A DNA stretch of 35,032 nucleotides from Vannella sp. (Eukaryota): positions 1 through 35,032 of the forward strand of contig JAJQQN010001015.1 of assembly GCA_023345925.1 (NCBI GenBank). Reading direction: 5' to 3'. Shown one piece after another: positions 14,061-26,686 of this stretch (position 1 is its first letter; each line of letters starts with the position of its first letter). The notes below the pieces were generated by a model. That model worked only from the letters and a program-made list of their open reading frames with translations. It was not told the origin of the DNA and searched no databases. The position numbers and the translations under genes were made by a program.

Positions 14061-15867
14061 ATGTCTGAACCTCCTTCCCGGGACTCTGGGACGGTGCCGA
14101 AGTCTAGAATGCCCCAGCGCCAAGCACCAAAGCCTCCGGGATCTGTAGTGGAGGAAAGCCCACCCGTACCAATGCGGAAGAGTACGATGATCTCTCCTTC
14201 ACCTGTGCCAGCGAAAGAGAAAGCCCCGCGCTCTCAGACGGTCGTTGTTCGACCTCTGCAACAAGTAGCTTCATCAAACACTCTTCAATCAACCTCTGCA
14301 CCTTCAAGACTGGCTACAGAGGACCTCCTGGTCTGTGTTTGCTCGTTCCACATTCCTTGGCAAGCGGGCTGACTAACCGGCCTTGCAGAGGCTTCAAGGG
14401 GTTCAGCAAGAGAACAAGGTCTTGAAGAAAGCATTGGCTTTACTCACTAGCAAAGTAGAAGCACTGGAAGGAGAACAGGGAAGGCTGAAGGACGTCTGCA
14501 TGGAAGTGGAGGAGCTAAAGGAGGCTCTGAACGAATCCCCTGGCTTCGTCAAGAAGGACAGGACGTCTGTATTAGACCGCTCTTGTCTTGTACCTATCCT
14601 ACAGAAGACAGCAACGAGCGATGCAACAGAGATTCTTGAACTCATCGAGAACGATAAGTCCGTTTACTACAGCGGCTGGATGAACAAGAAAGGGCGCAAA
14701 GTGCGGAACTGGAAGCGTCGCTGGTTCTTGTTGAAGGGCAACCAGCTCAGCTACTTCAACAAAGAGCTGGAGAAGACTCCTCTGGGGGAGATCAATTTGG
14801 AGACTTGCATGATTGACGAGCTGAAGGAGCGAGAAGAGAGCGGCAGAGTACGTTGATGACATTCTATTTGATACCCTTGCACTCACCAACCATAGCCCTG
14901 CATGGCCCTGCTTGTGGAAGGACGAAAACTATTTTTCTGTGCCGAGTCTCCTGCCGACAATGTCCGTTGGTACTTGTACTTGGTTTGCAAGAACTCAGAG
15001 CTCACTTATCTACGGAAGCTTAAACATACTGACCAACGATCTGACAACCGGCTTCTCCTCTTCATGGAACAGCCAATGGTCAGTTCGTTATGCCTTGACA
15101 ATGTCACTTTGTCCGTCGACACTGTCGTATCTCTGAGTGGCCCTATCCGAGCGCACGACTCCCTTCGGCTTCTGTCTCTTCGTTATTCAAAACTGAATGA
15201 CTTGGGCCTCTCTACTCTGACGGCTTCCCTGAAGAGCAACACTTCCATCGAGACTCTCGACCTTCAAGGCAACAACCTGACTGTGGACAGCGCCAAGTCA
15301 CTGGCCAGTGTCTTAGCAAGCAACTCAACCCTCAAGTATCTCCTCCTGGCGGAGAACCAGATTGGGGACAAAGGGATGGTCCTTCTTGCCGAAGCCTTGG
15401 CGGGTGGGGCTGGCGCCTCTTTGCAGCGCCTCGACCTTACCAACAACCACATTGGCGCTGCTGGGGCAGAAGCCTTCGCAGAGGCATTGGAGAAGGGCGC
15501 CAAGACGTTGACTCTGTCAGAAGTGCACTTGAACGACAACAGAGTCGGCAATCGCGGGGCGTTGCGCCTTCTGCAGATGTGTCAAGTGAACGAGCGCGTC
15601 TCTGTTCTTCACTTGCAGAACAACCAGTTGATGGACGACGGTCTCCCCGCTTTGGCTGCTGAACTGGAGAAGAACCAATCGCTGAAGCGAGTCTACCTGG
15701 CTTTCAACAGCCTGGAGTCTCCTGAAAGTCGCCAAGTCCTCGTTCGCACGATCTTAACGAACCGCTCTCTCGAGTTCTTCCATTTCGGCCAATACCCTTT
15801 GGAGAGAAGCGATCTGTGTGCCATGCGACTTCTCAATGACTGCTCGCTTCTTCAGTCTGGTCAGTGA
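14061..15867 (+). CDS. Coiled-coil + PH domain + RNI-like leucine-rich repeat protein
   Basis: PH motifs YSGWMNKKGRKVRNWKRRWFLL..LSYF..PLGEINL and FCAES..RW; LRRs LETLDLQGNNL, LLLAENQIGDKG, LDLTNNHIGAAGA. Two GT-AG introns. An alternative upstream ATG lies at 13998. Confidence 0.88.
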
Positions 15868-15961
15868 GTCGATAAAGAGGTCAAGCAACTGTTAGTTATA
15901 TTCTGATCGAGGGATGGAGGAACCCTCCTCTTACTGGAGGGCGATCAAGGCTTGATGTCTC

Positions 15962-16895
15962 TTACTTCTCAGGTGCTTCATCTTCGTTGTTAGCGGCAAG
16001 TAGGGCAGTCACCTCTTCCACAGTCAGAGGGTGGAAAACTGGGCGGCCATCGACCACCGTCAGGGTGGAGAACTCCACTTTGGGGCTGTCAGAATAAACC
16101 TTTCACCAGTGGGGGAAACGTACAGTTCTCTGTGGTCAGAGCGGTGCTGTCCATTGTCTTCCGCAAGACCTTCACCGCCAAAGCAAGAACCTCCTCCACG
16201 TTGAGATCAGCCTTGTACTCCTGCTTGAGGATGCTTTGTGCAGCAGCGTTATTTGCGCCAATAGCTGTTCCCTTCCACCCTGCGTAGTTTCCAGAGGGAT
16301 CCGAGTGATACAGTTGGAAACCAAAGTGTTTGTCCCAACCTGCGTACAAGAAGGACACGCCAAATGGGCGAAGACCTTCCTCCCATGTCAGTGATCCTTT
16401 TCGTAGTTTCCTACGCCCTGCATACCTCCGTATTGCGTGTATCCCTGCTTCAAGTCACAGATGCCCTGGACGAGTTGTTCAACGGGTTGAGGTTCCTGGT
16501 ACTGGAAAGTGTAACGCTGAGCACATAGTCGAGCATAATTGATCAAGATGTTGGCATCTGCAGTGATACCAGCCACTGCGCATGCGATGTGGTCATCAAC
16601 CTTGAACATCTTCTCACTCTTCAGTCCCGGTTCCAACAGCTTCGAGGAGGAACGCTTCTCTGCCGCTAATACAACACCATTGGTGGCAAGAATACCCACA
16701 GCTGCCCACGCATGGCTGATAGCCTCCATGGCGTATTCGACTTGATAGAGTCTCCCTGAGGGAACTGTTAGCGCCACTCCCTAAGGATCAGACTGCTCAC
16801 CCTCAGGAGAGAAGATTGTTGTCCTACTATCGTATCGTCGAGCCTGAAAGAGGTGAGAGCATGGACAAGGGGAAATAGGTGGGTGATCTCACCAT
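15962..16895 (-). CDS. PSMA4: 20S proteasome subunit alpha-3 (PSMA4/Pre9)
   Basis: Spliced [66 protein letters not shown]. Four introns, the first directly after the ATG. Confidence 0.96.
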
Positions 16896-16973
16896 TCACG
16901 GAGGATGAAAAGAATGACCATGTTGGGGTGACAAAGGAACACGTAAGAGGATAATATATTCAAGTACCATTGT

Positions 16974-17839
16974 TTAGTCCTCCTTGTTGACAGCGGCAGC
17001 TCCCCTAAGGCGACCAGTGCGTCGGGCAGCAATCAGACCAACCTTCTGACCGGGAGGAGCGCTTCGGCGAACAGTCGAAGCGTGACCAATGTGCTGATGG
17101 TTACCACCACCATGGGGATGTTCCACGGGGTTCATCGCCACACCTCGCACCTTAGGCCAGCAGTTTCGCTTGACCTTGTACTTGTGGTAGGCGTTACCAG
17201 CCTTCAACAGAGGCTTGTCGAGACGACCACCTCCGGCAACAATACCGACCATAGCACGGCAAGTGGAGGGGATGGACTTCTTGGATCCAGAGGGAAGCTT
17301 GATGCGGGTCTTGTTGTCCTCTCCGTGAGTGATGATGGTGGCATAGTTTCCAGAAGAACGAGCGAAAGCTCCACGGTCTCCGGCCTTGCCTTCAACGTTG
17401 CACACAATGGTACCTTCGGGCATCTCTCCGATGGGGAGGACGTTTCCGATCGAAAGCTTGGCTACGAAAGAGAGTCAATAATGCGCAAATAGGTAAGAAT
17501 GTCGCTTACCCTTGTTTCCGCAGTAAACGAACTGGCCGGTGTACATGCCTTCAGCAGCAACGAAAAGTTCCTTCTGGAGCTTGTACTTGTAAGGGTGACG
17601 GAAGGTCACACGGGCAAGAGGGGCACCACGACCGGGATCGTGGACGATCTCCTTGACAACTCCCTTAACGAAGCCGTTCTTCTCGGAGTAATCAAGAGAT
17701 CTGTGTTTTGCGGCACCAACACGAGTTCTGGTGACGGCCTTGAAAATACCACCGTTACCCTTTCGCTGAGCTAGAGAACGTAGTAAGTATGCTACCTCTA
17801 CTGTTGAGCTGGTTGCGTACTTCTGATAACTCGACCCAT
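16974..17839 (-). CDS. RPL8: 60S ribosomal protein L8 (uL2)
   Basis: [48 protein letters not shown] and [13 protein letters not shown]. Two GT-AG introns. Confidence 0.98.
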
Positions 17840-17845
17840 CGCGAC

Positions 17846-17858
17846 GAAAAAAAAGGAG
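17846..17858 (-). promoter_or_regulatory. Polypyrimidine (TOP/TCT-like) tract upstream of RPL8
   Basis: CTCCTTTTTTTTC ends 6 nt before the RPL8 ATG; role inferred by analogy. Confidence 0.5.
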
Positions 17859-18020
17859 TCAAAGCAACGAACTTTCGTTCAAAAACGGAACTTTCAGAAA
17901 TTCTCTCCATCAAATAGGAAGCCTCCGCCTTGTCTCAGATCCCTCATTTGACAGAAAAAATAAACACTAAGGGCAATTTAACCTTTGTTGCGGTCAGAAA
18001 TCAGTCATTCCCTCGCCGAC

Positions 18021-19489
18021 ATGTCCACGCAGGAAGAAGTGGAGCTTCTCCGCGCCTTGCGCCTTGATGAGTCTCTTCTTGACGGAAACTTGGACCAGTG
18101 GATTAGTCACTACCAACGCTCATGCGATGACTTTCTCGCTTACACCAGCACAAACAAACAATTGAAGGTCTCCGAGAGGCAGATCCCCGCGTCTGTTCGT
18201 CTACCTAAAGGAATCCGACAAGGGCTTGTTCTTCGGGACGTTCAAGTCTCTGGGAGGCGACGCGAGCCAGATGACAAGATCTATGCGGAGGACGCAAAAG
18301 TTCGTGCCCTTGTTGCTCGTGGTAACACCCTCCTCTCCTTCAGGAGAAATGGAAAGGACGTTTTGTGTTTCCCAATGCAAGCGATGAAGAAGTTCACTGG
18401 AGGAATGGGAGACGACGACGACCAAGAGGACGGAGGTGACAATTTGACGTGGAAGAAGTTCTTTACCCAGCCCAGCGAGACTGCCACTCACAGTAAGTTG
18501 TGTTCTTCTTGGTATTCTCTCTCCCTAACTGGGGCGTAGTCGTCAGCACATCGAAGGAGAACGGGTCTGCTGCTCACTTGGCTGCTCTCAACGTCGATGG
18601 AGAGTTTGTGCTAATTGGAGGAAGTAAGAACTCTCACCTCATTCTCTCTCTTGAGCACGGAGAGGAAGATCTTAAGCTCTACCCGGCCTCTCCTTGGTCG
18701 GTGGCGAAGGTGATCATGCAAAGTTTCTTTGACCTATTCAAGACGATGGGAAAGGAGAACACGCACAAGTTCTTGACAATCCTTGCCAACTGGCATATGA
18801 CAGCAGTATTTGAGATGATGGACCCTGAGGACCAGCACGTGGAGTTGTTGAAAAACAAGAAGCCAACTGTTTGCTTCATCACCTTCACGTCTGGCTGGCA
18901 AGGAGAAGGACAGACTGAAAACAAGCTGTGCATGTATCCCTTGCACTCTGTGCGTGTGGCTTCTTCTTTTGGTGTCCCTACGATCCAATACGAAATCGTT
19001 CCAATGCCTCCTGGCGAAGAAGAACGACGAATCCAGTTTGATGACCTCCAAACGCGCATCAGAGGTGGTTATGGCGATGAAGGAAGGGTACTTTACTACG
19101 CTACGGAGGCAAACGAGGTCATCGGGGTCCTGAAGAAGAAAACTCTGTGGTACATCTTGCTTAGGGCCCTCCGTGAGAAGTTTAAGGGTTATTGCGCCTT
19201 CCTATCCCGCCAGAGGGCTGGAAAGCCCAACAAGATTACGACACTCGAAGGCCAAAGAGATCTCCTGACAAAGCAAATCGAGAAGCGCCTCAAAGAGATC
19301 CAAAAGTGGATTGGATTCACGGATGCTTGCCTGAATGAGTGGATCGCCATTGGAAATGCTGGCAATGTGTGGGTCTATGAGAAGCTCGTTGACAAGTCAC
19401 TTGATCCCGACCACCTCGGTCACCTTTTCCCGGTCGTGTGGAACCGCTTTCTCACTGAAACGCAACGGTCTGACAAGATCCCTATGTAA
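18021..19489 (+). CDS. Uncharacterised protein with ATP-dependent RNA ligase (Trl1/T4 Rnl1-like) nucleotidyltransferase motifs
   Basis: One intron at 18493-18539. Ordered motifs: ARGN, MKKF, STSKENG (I), GGSKN (Ia), TAVFEMMDPEDQHV (III), DEGRVLY (IV), VLKKK (V), WYILLRALRE. Confidence 0.72.
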
Positions 19490-19580
19490 GCGCAAAGACT
19501 AATTGTCTGAAGCATACCATCCAAACCCTCCTCAGGAGGCTTAGTAAATGGACTTCCAAATGACATTCGGTTCATCTTTA

Positions 19581-21180
19581 TCAGTTAGTCGGAATGGAAT
19601 GGAGAGTAGAATACATGAGCGAGCTGATTACAGTCTAGTAGTACAGAGATGGTGAGAGAGGAGAAGAGTGACTTGAATGGACCCGAACGGAGGCGCGGTC
19701 GATGAAGACTCGCCCTCCTCGACCCAAACGCACTCTCCCTCGGAAGGGCGGCAGTTCAGGCAGGTGAATGGTTCCCCAATACTTTTCGTCGGGCGGGTTA
19801 TTCTCTTCGTTGTGGTAGTGAAGAGGGTCTCGGTCCCACTCGCAATGAGGGAAGAGAGGCTCTTCCACCTCCTCCTGTGGAATGTCCGCCATCTCCACAT
19901 CCTCCGAGTCACCAAAAGCATCTTCCGCTTCCTCTACATCATCTTCGGATGACTCGAAACTGTACAGCTTCCGACTACACCCTCTTGTGAGGGATAACTC
20001 GACACTGCCAAAGTATCTTAACTCACCTTTGGAGATGGGGTAACGGTTTCTCACTGGGATGGAGCATCTGTGATTCCGGAAATAAGTTTGGTTACAGTGA
20101 TGAAGGCTTTAACTGACCTCTTCTCTTCTTTGTTGAACGCGAGAGTCAAAGACTTCTCGATTGGCAGCCAAAAGTTCTTTTTTCTTCAATTCTCGTTTCT
20201 GAGCAAGCTCCAGAAGGACTTTTCCTTTCTCTAGTTCTAACCGAAGACCTTGGAGCTTCATCAGCACGTCCAGGTTGTTCTTCCGAGACTTGAAGGCAAT
20301 TAGAGATCTTGCCAAAGGGCATTGGCACAGGAAACTGACCTTCTTCTTGCTTTCTTTCTCTCTTGGGCGGAATGGGATATAAGGTGACGGGTTGTCATAT
20401 GCTGGGGGAGGCTGGAGTGCGTCAGATGGGCGAGATGGATTGAAAAGGGAGATCTCACCACCAGGGACAGCAGAAGTGGCCGTTTCTTTCGCTCTCTCTT
20501 CTGTATCCAGTAGTTATAGAGTGTTTCTATATCCTGAGGGGCCACCGTCTTGCCCAGTTCGCCCACTGCTTCCATTGCGCTCTCGAAGCTCAACGTTCCC
20601 TCCTAAACCTCATCAGATCGAGCAGGAGAGCCTCCCAAAGGCATCTTACTTCAGATGTTAATGAAAGGAGATGCTCTCGTGACAATGCCTTCTCCAGGGT
20701 ATCGATAAAGAGCTCAAAGTCGTCCGCATTGATCTTCTCAGAGTTGTTTTGATTGATTGAACGGGCCAGCCAGGCTTCATCCTCACTGTCTATGTCATAC
20801 TCAACGATCTCTGATAGTGGATCACTGAATAGGAAGTGTACAGGAGGTGTCACGTGGATGAAGGATGTCGGTTGCTTCCAAGGGGTCGTATCGGCATCGT
20901 ACGTTGGCACTTCGTTCACGATAGGGATGGGAATGTCTGCTTCAATACGAGTACTCTTTCGCTGGGCTTCCATGATCGCCTGTCGGATGTGGGACTCCTG
21001 TGGGAACCATGTCCATGTCAGTTACCTCTCGCAGACGTTTGGAGTGCTTACATGCTCTTCGTGCTCTTCCATACCTGTAGAAAGAGCAGGTATGGACCTG
21101 GTTTCCTCATCATTGAGTTCCTTGTGGACAATGAGGAGAGGTTTCTCCACATCAATGTTTCGAGGCCGAAAGGAAGTCAT
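19581..21180 (-). CDS. Enhancer of polycomb-like (EPC/Epl1, NuA4 subunit)
   Basis: MTSFRPRNIDVEKPL, STGMEEHEEHESHIRQAI, IPIPIV, EYDIDSEDEAWL, FELFIDTLEK, LYNYWIQKR, PYIPFRPREK and RGRVRLGRGGRVFIDR. The last exon is uncertain (stop at 19635 if unspliced). Confidence 0.9.
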
Positions 21181-21432
21181 CGGGGTGTGTTTTCTGTCTA
21201 TTCACGCGCCCGCTACCACTCCTCCAACACTCAACTTGATTCCTCTTCTGTTCTCCTTTACCACGCGAACGACGCGCCAAAGAGGAAAGCTGAAAGTGCG
21301 CCGACGAAGTTGGCGAAATGAAGCGAAGAAACCGCTTGAAAGTTACTTCAAATGCGCCCATTTAATTTGCGTTGGATTCCCCTTTTAATTCTGATTCCAT
21401 TGAAAGTAATCATTTTCTTGGTTCTCTTCAAG

Positions 21433-23266
21433 ATGAGCCGACCGGTTGGAGAGAGGGGTCTTTTGGGGAGAGTTGGCGGTGAAGGGGGATCAGTGGGGCA
21501 GGGTAATGAAGGGATACTGCTGGGGCCGTCGTTTATGGACCAGCCGACCCCCATTGCTCAGTTGAAGGTGGGAAAATACAACATTGCAGGTGTTGTTTCC
21601 GACTACGTTCCTCCAGCAAGGACAAAGGGATCTGGTAAGAGTTCAACTCCTCTTCAAGGCGCAGTTGGGTAACAGAATAGAGCGTAGATCTGATCTTCCG
21701 GTTCCATGTGATCGATTCCTCGGTACCTGAAGGCAGCAAGGGCTTGATGGTGATGCTTTTCGGAGCCAAAAAGGACCAGTTCCCGCCCATCATGGCTATT
21801 GGCGACGTCATCTACATCTACCGTCTCCAAATCCAAACGCACTCACAAGAACTTCAAGGTGTGGCCATCAGGGGCAAGGACAGCACCATGTTTGCTACCT
21901 TTAGTGGAGGAGAAGGTGAATCAACGACACCTCGTCCTCAAGGAAGCGTACCACTCGCACCACCTCACAAATACTCCTTAAAGTGGCTCTCTCGCACTCG
22001 GAAGCAAGCGGGGGAGCTTCTGGGCCGCGCATTGGACTTTGACCGAAGGTATCTCATCCATTTGAATGCAATCACATTCAGGGAAGAGTTCCTGGACCTG
22101 GTAGGACGAATAGAGGCCATCCGAGTGGTGGCACCAGGAACCTACCATCTCTGGCTCTGGGACGGGACACAGCTCCAGATGCACCCAGAGTAGGTGTACA
22201 CGTTATCAGCTTCCAGACCAGCTCACCAAAAGGGCAGAGCTCGATTCCAGCAAGAATCGGATCGATGTTTCTTGCTCGTTGTTTTCACTGTGTGTGGGAG
22301 CGACCCTTGCGAGTCACTTCAAGAAGGCCATTGGGTCAAAGTGCGTTCATTTAAACCGCACATTCGAGGGGATGGAACACCGCTTCTCTCCAATCACATC
22401 AAAAGTTCCATTTCGGTTGTGGCTCAGCACAGTCCTTTGGTATCTGAAACCACGAGGTAATAGGAGTACTCTCTCCCTCTATCCACCTTCTACAGGCTCC
22501 TTCTTACCTACTGGGAAGCAATGCAGCCTTTCCGAGAGCTTATGAGGATGGCAGTTTATTGTTCCTTTCTCCTGACAAGGTCCAAGCCGTTTCAAACTCA
22601 CCTCAAAGAGATTCAGTCCGTTAGTGAAGTATCCTGAGCAAGAGGGAGGACTTAGTGGGAATGTGGCTCTTTTAGTTGTGCCCAGAAGTGCCTGTGATTA
22701 TGCTAATCAGCCGCTTTCTTCCTTAGAGGAGGTAGTCAGTCATAGGCAGGTCCCTTGGAAGTTCCACTGCCACGTCCGGGTGATCTCTCATCGGCCATCG
22801 AACCTCTTCAGTGCCTCACAATTAGTTTGCTCCTCATGCAATATCAGGTTAGTAGCATTCTTTGGTCTTAATACGGCGTTTCTTATTGAACGCAGGGTGG
22901 AAGGCCACCAATGCAGTCGTTGTCACGAAAGTGACTCGAAATACGCTTATCTTTTGGAGCTTTCTTTGGGGGATGCTTCAGGATCCTGCAAAGCCTTCTT
23001 ATTCGACCAGCGTGCGGTAAGACATACAACTGATGGGTTAGCAGTGTTTGATAATGGAAGGGAAGACCCAATTCTTTCAGCAACTGCCCGCCACTGACTT
23101 TCAAACGAATAACGCATCTTTCCGTTCATTCCAACGCAAGCTAGATCTAATCGAGGCGCCTGATTCCATGTTAGACTGCTGTTTGATGTCCTATCGGGTG
23201 CAAGAAGCCAACGGAGAGACTCAAGTGCGTTATCAGATTTTTGGGACCACCCTCATTACCCACTGA
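21433..23266 (+). CDS. POT1: Protection of telomeres 1 (POT1/TEBP-alpha-like OB-fold protein)
   Basis: OB1: YNIAGVVSDYVPPARTKGSD..VIDSS..LF..FPPI..IGDVI..RLQIQ. OB2: FLDLVGRI..LWLWDGT. C-terminal OB with a CxxC..CxxC Zn knuckle, LSLGDASG and LDCCLMSY..YQIFGT. About six introns. Confidence 0.85.
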
Positions 23267-23495
23267 ATAGCACTCTCCTATCTATTAGGTGATGGATTGG
23301 TTCAAAGAAAAGATCTATTAAGGAGTTAGGGAAGGAAGGGAGGCGGGATCTATCTAATTCGCGGCGCTGCTCTCTCTTTCAACTTCCTTGCTGGGAGGAC
23401 AGCCAATATCAGTTGAAGGAACTGTGTGATTTTATTTTCTGTATTTGATGGAGCAATTGAAATTCGCCCTGAAGGCTCCATTAAAAACTAGAGGT

Positions 23496-24674
23496 CTAGC
23501 AGCGCAGCGAAACTCCTCCAAGTCCCAGTTTCCAGAGGAACCATCCTTCTGCATCACTTCCGCCAGTGAAGTTACCCATTCCCTCATCCCGAGGGCTGAA
23601 GGGAGCGAAGAATTTGAGGTAGGAGGCTTTGGCTTTGTCCTTCTTGGGCCCGAACACGGCGGAAGTCACTATCTTGTTCAGATACTCTTCCACAGCCGTG
23701 CCTAACTCGGCCTGTTGCTCTCTCTTAGCTGTCTTCTTGGTCAAGGCTGGTAAAGGCACACCCTCTGCCTTCTCCTTTAACATCTTCAAGGCTTGTTAGA
23801 GATGACACCAGCTCCTGCCAAGGTTCTTACGCGCTTAGAGAGCTCAGCAAGGGCGTCATCACCTCGGATGATCTTCCATGTCGTGTTGTTCATTGTTACT
23901 TGGATGGTGTAGACCTGGAGCGCCCACAGAAGGTCAGCATGAAGGAGGAAGAGAGGAGGGGGAGTAGAGGAAGCAGCGCACCTTGTTGTTCTTTTTGGAC
24001 TTTGCAGAACCACTGTCCCAAGACGCATTCAACACCTTACTGACGACAGACTCAGGGGCTTCCATCACGACCACCTCCTTTCCATTCTTCCCTTTGGTGA
24101 CGGTAGCTCCTGAACGGGAGGGTGTCACAGGCGAGCCTGACTCTTTGAAGGCTTCCAAGTGGGATGAAGATGACATAGCAGCGGGGATAGCTGGTAGGGG
24201 AGCGCTGAGAGCCGCAGCAGAAGGAGTAGCTTGTTGCACTATCACGGGGGCGACTACGCGCTGTTCCACATGAACGGGCGAGGGAGATGCGGGAGGTACA
24301 GCGGCAACAGGAGCTACAGGCTCTGTAGCGACACGAGGAATGGAGCGTGGCTCGGGCTGAGGAGAAGGAGCGCTCTCAGATGCGCGTTTGCGTTCCTCTG
24401 CGTCTTGCTTCAGCATCTGGATCTGCTCTTGTTGCTGTCTCTCCATCTCTCTGAGCAGAGCTATCTGACGGCGCAGTTCTTGAATCTGGGGCGAGTCCTC
24501 TGGATCCTCATAGACTGTGGAAGCTTGCAACTGAGGCGGAAGGTCCTCCCCCATCGCTGCCGCCATAGCCTGGAGACCCTTCTTACCACGGAGCGTGTAG
24601 ATCTGCGTCTTCATCTTCACCTCCGCCTCACGCGAGCGCTTAATCTCCTCTCGGAGCGAGCTGGCGTCCGCCAT
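23496..24674 (-). CDS. Coiled-coil/Pro-Ala-rich protein with probable PX-like domain
   Basis: Spliced KVYTIQVTMNNTTWKIIRGDDALAELSKRM..VPLPAL..AVEEYLNKIV..YLKFF fits a PX-fold pattern. The 3' end is uncertain. Confidence 0.6.
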
Positions 24675-24750
24675 TCCTTCGAGGCACTAGAAAGTGCTCC
24701 TTTCGACTGCTCTTCGATACTGCTGAGTTACTCTGTCATTTTTAAGGAGG

Positions 24751-26605
24751 ATGGGCCGACTGGTGGCCGCCGGAGACTTGGGGGAGGATGAACGGATTGT
24801 GGATGGCCGGGAGAGAGTACCGGGGAAGCGCGCGAGGCATTTAGTGTTTGAGGATGAAGATGCCGATGATGTGGAGCAGAGTAGTGAAGAGGAGGATGAG
24901 GAGGGCGCGGAGGATGACGCTGCCCTCGATGGGGATCAACAGGAGCGATTATCTCGTGCAGAAGCGGCTCTCCCTGGTTGGATGAAGAACGGGCAAGTCT
25001 TAGAGAACTGGAAGGAGGTGCCACTTGAGCAATTGGGCGTCTGGTTGAAGAGCGACATGCATCGCCGCCTGATCGCAGCGCTTCCTCCGGCTCCGGAGCG
25101 AGAGGGGCTTACGTTGTTCCCTGTACAAGCAGCAGTTCTCCCAGGAGTGATCCGAGGCGTACAGCAAGTCCAAGACCTCTGCCCGATCTATGATGGTCCG
25201 TCCTTTCTGTACTCTCTTCTCCTTTTTCTCACCTTTTGCAGCCGGGGACGTCTTGGAAGTCCCATCCAGCCGCAAGCCTATTGCTCTAGGTGCAGGGGAT
25301 GTCCTTGTGTGCGCCCCAACGGGCTCTGGCAAGACAATGGCCTACGTTCTACCGATTGTGCAGGCGCTAGAGACCCGTGTGATCCCACAGACGCGGGCTT
25401 TGGTCCTTCTGCCATCTCGTGATCTTGCAGAGCAAGTCTACAAAGTCTTTCGATCTCTGATCGATGGGGCAGAGCGACAGGGTGATCGCCCACTTCGAGT
25501 GATCAAGTGTCTTGGAAAGTCTGCCTTTGCAGAGGAGCACCGCAAGCTCCAGCAGCCTTACTGCTGCGACATTATCATTGCAACACCAGGTCGACTGATC
25601 GATCATCTATCTGCTGGCCTATCTCTGCGCCACTTGCAGTATCTGATTGTGGATGAGGCAGATCGCCTCCTTATGCAGAGCTACCAGGACTGGGCGGTTA
25701 AGATCCTCTCAGCAGCAAGATGTAGTGCTCCTGAAACTCCACATCAGGCTAACTTACCTGCCGGATACCGTCCCTTGTTCAGTCTCCAACCGACAATCCC
25801 GGTGTCGGCGCCCCTTCGGAAGTATCTGTTTAGTGCCACTCTGACCCGTAACCCTGCAAAGATAGCAAACCTCCAGCTTCGGAACCCTCTTTACTTCCAT
25901 GCTGCTGCTTCTGGACGGTTCATGATCCCCTCGCAATTGAGTGAGGTCCGTTTGGATTGCCCTTCGGCTGGGGAGAAGCCGTTAGTCCTTTTGCAGCTCC
26001 TACAGAAGGAAGGTCTCTCTCAGACTTTGTGCTTTACCAAGTCCTTAGAGGCAACACACCGCTTGTTCATCCTTCTCAAGCTGATGGGAGCGCTCCAAGT
26101 CTTTGAATTCTCCAGTACTTTGTCCCAGTCCATGCGTTCTGACATTCTGGACCAGTTCCGGGCAGGGCACGTGAAACTGTAAGTGTGGGAGTACTACCTG
26201 GAAGTGCTTGAGCCTCATAGGGCGGTTAGTTTGATCTGTTCGGACGCAATGGCACGGGGAATGGACATTGAGGATGTGGGGACAGTCATCAATTACGACC
26301 CGCCGCCTTACGTAAAGACTTATGTCCATCGTGCAGGAAGAACAGCGCGAGCAGGGAAGGAGGGAACGTGTTACACTCTGGTGGACGAGGACGAAGTGGC
26401 GCCCTTCCAAGAGATGCGCCGCAAAGCAGAAGACCCCGAACGGGTCACCACCCTCCCTATCGATCGAAGTACCTTTGCACCACAGCTACAAACGTACACT
26501 CGCGCCCTCCAACAACTCAAGAAGACACTTCGAGCCGAGAAAAGACCAAATCGTGGTCCCCCTCGCAAAGTGCACCGGCCCAACCCCCCCTCCTCTTCCT
26601 CATAA
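24751..26605 (+). CDS. DDX51: DEAD-box RNA helicase DDX51/Dbp6-like
   Basis: LFPVQ, APTGSGKT, LPSRDLA, TPGRLIDH, VDEADRLL, FSATL, SDAMARGMD and YVHRAGRTARAG. Two introns. Confidence 0.9.
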
Positions 26606-26686
26606 AGCCCAACCCATCAAAGGATCTCTCCTACGCCAGGTGGCGTCCTCTGGGAGGCTCTAGGGAAGTCATTTTTTGCCGTCCTG

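Noticed and set aside
17082..17774. Plus-strand ORFs antisense to RPL8, and similar shadow ORFs elsewhere
   Set aside because: These are antisense shadows of codon-biased genes with no independent motifs.
22629..22636. GTATCCTG in POT1 as a second U12-type donor
   Set aside because: The exon frame hits TAG-TGA before it, so the frame-restoring donor is the upstream GTTAGT. No TCCTTRAC branch site follows.
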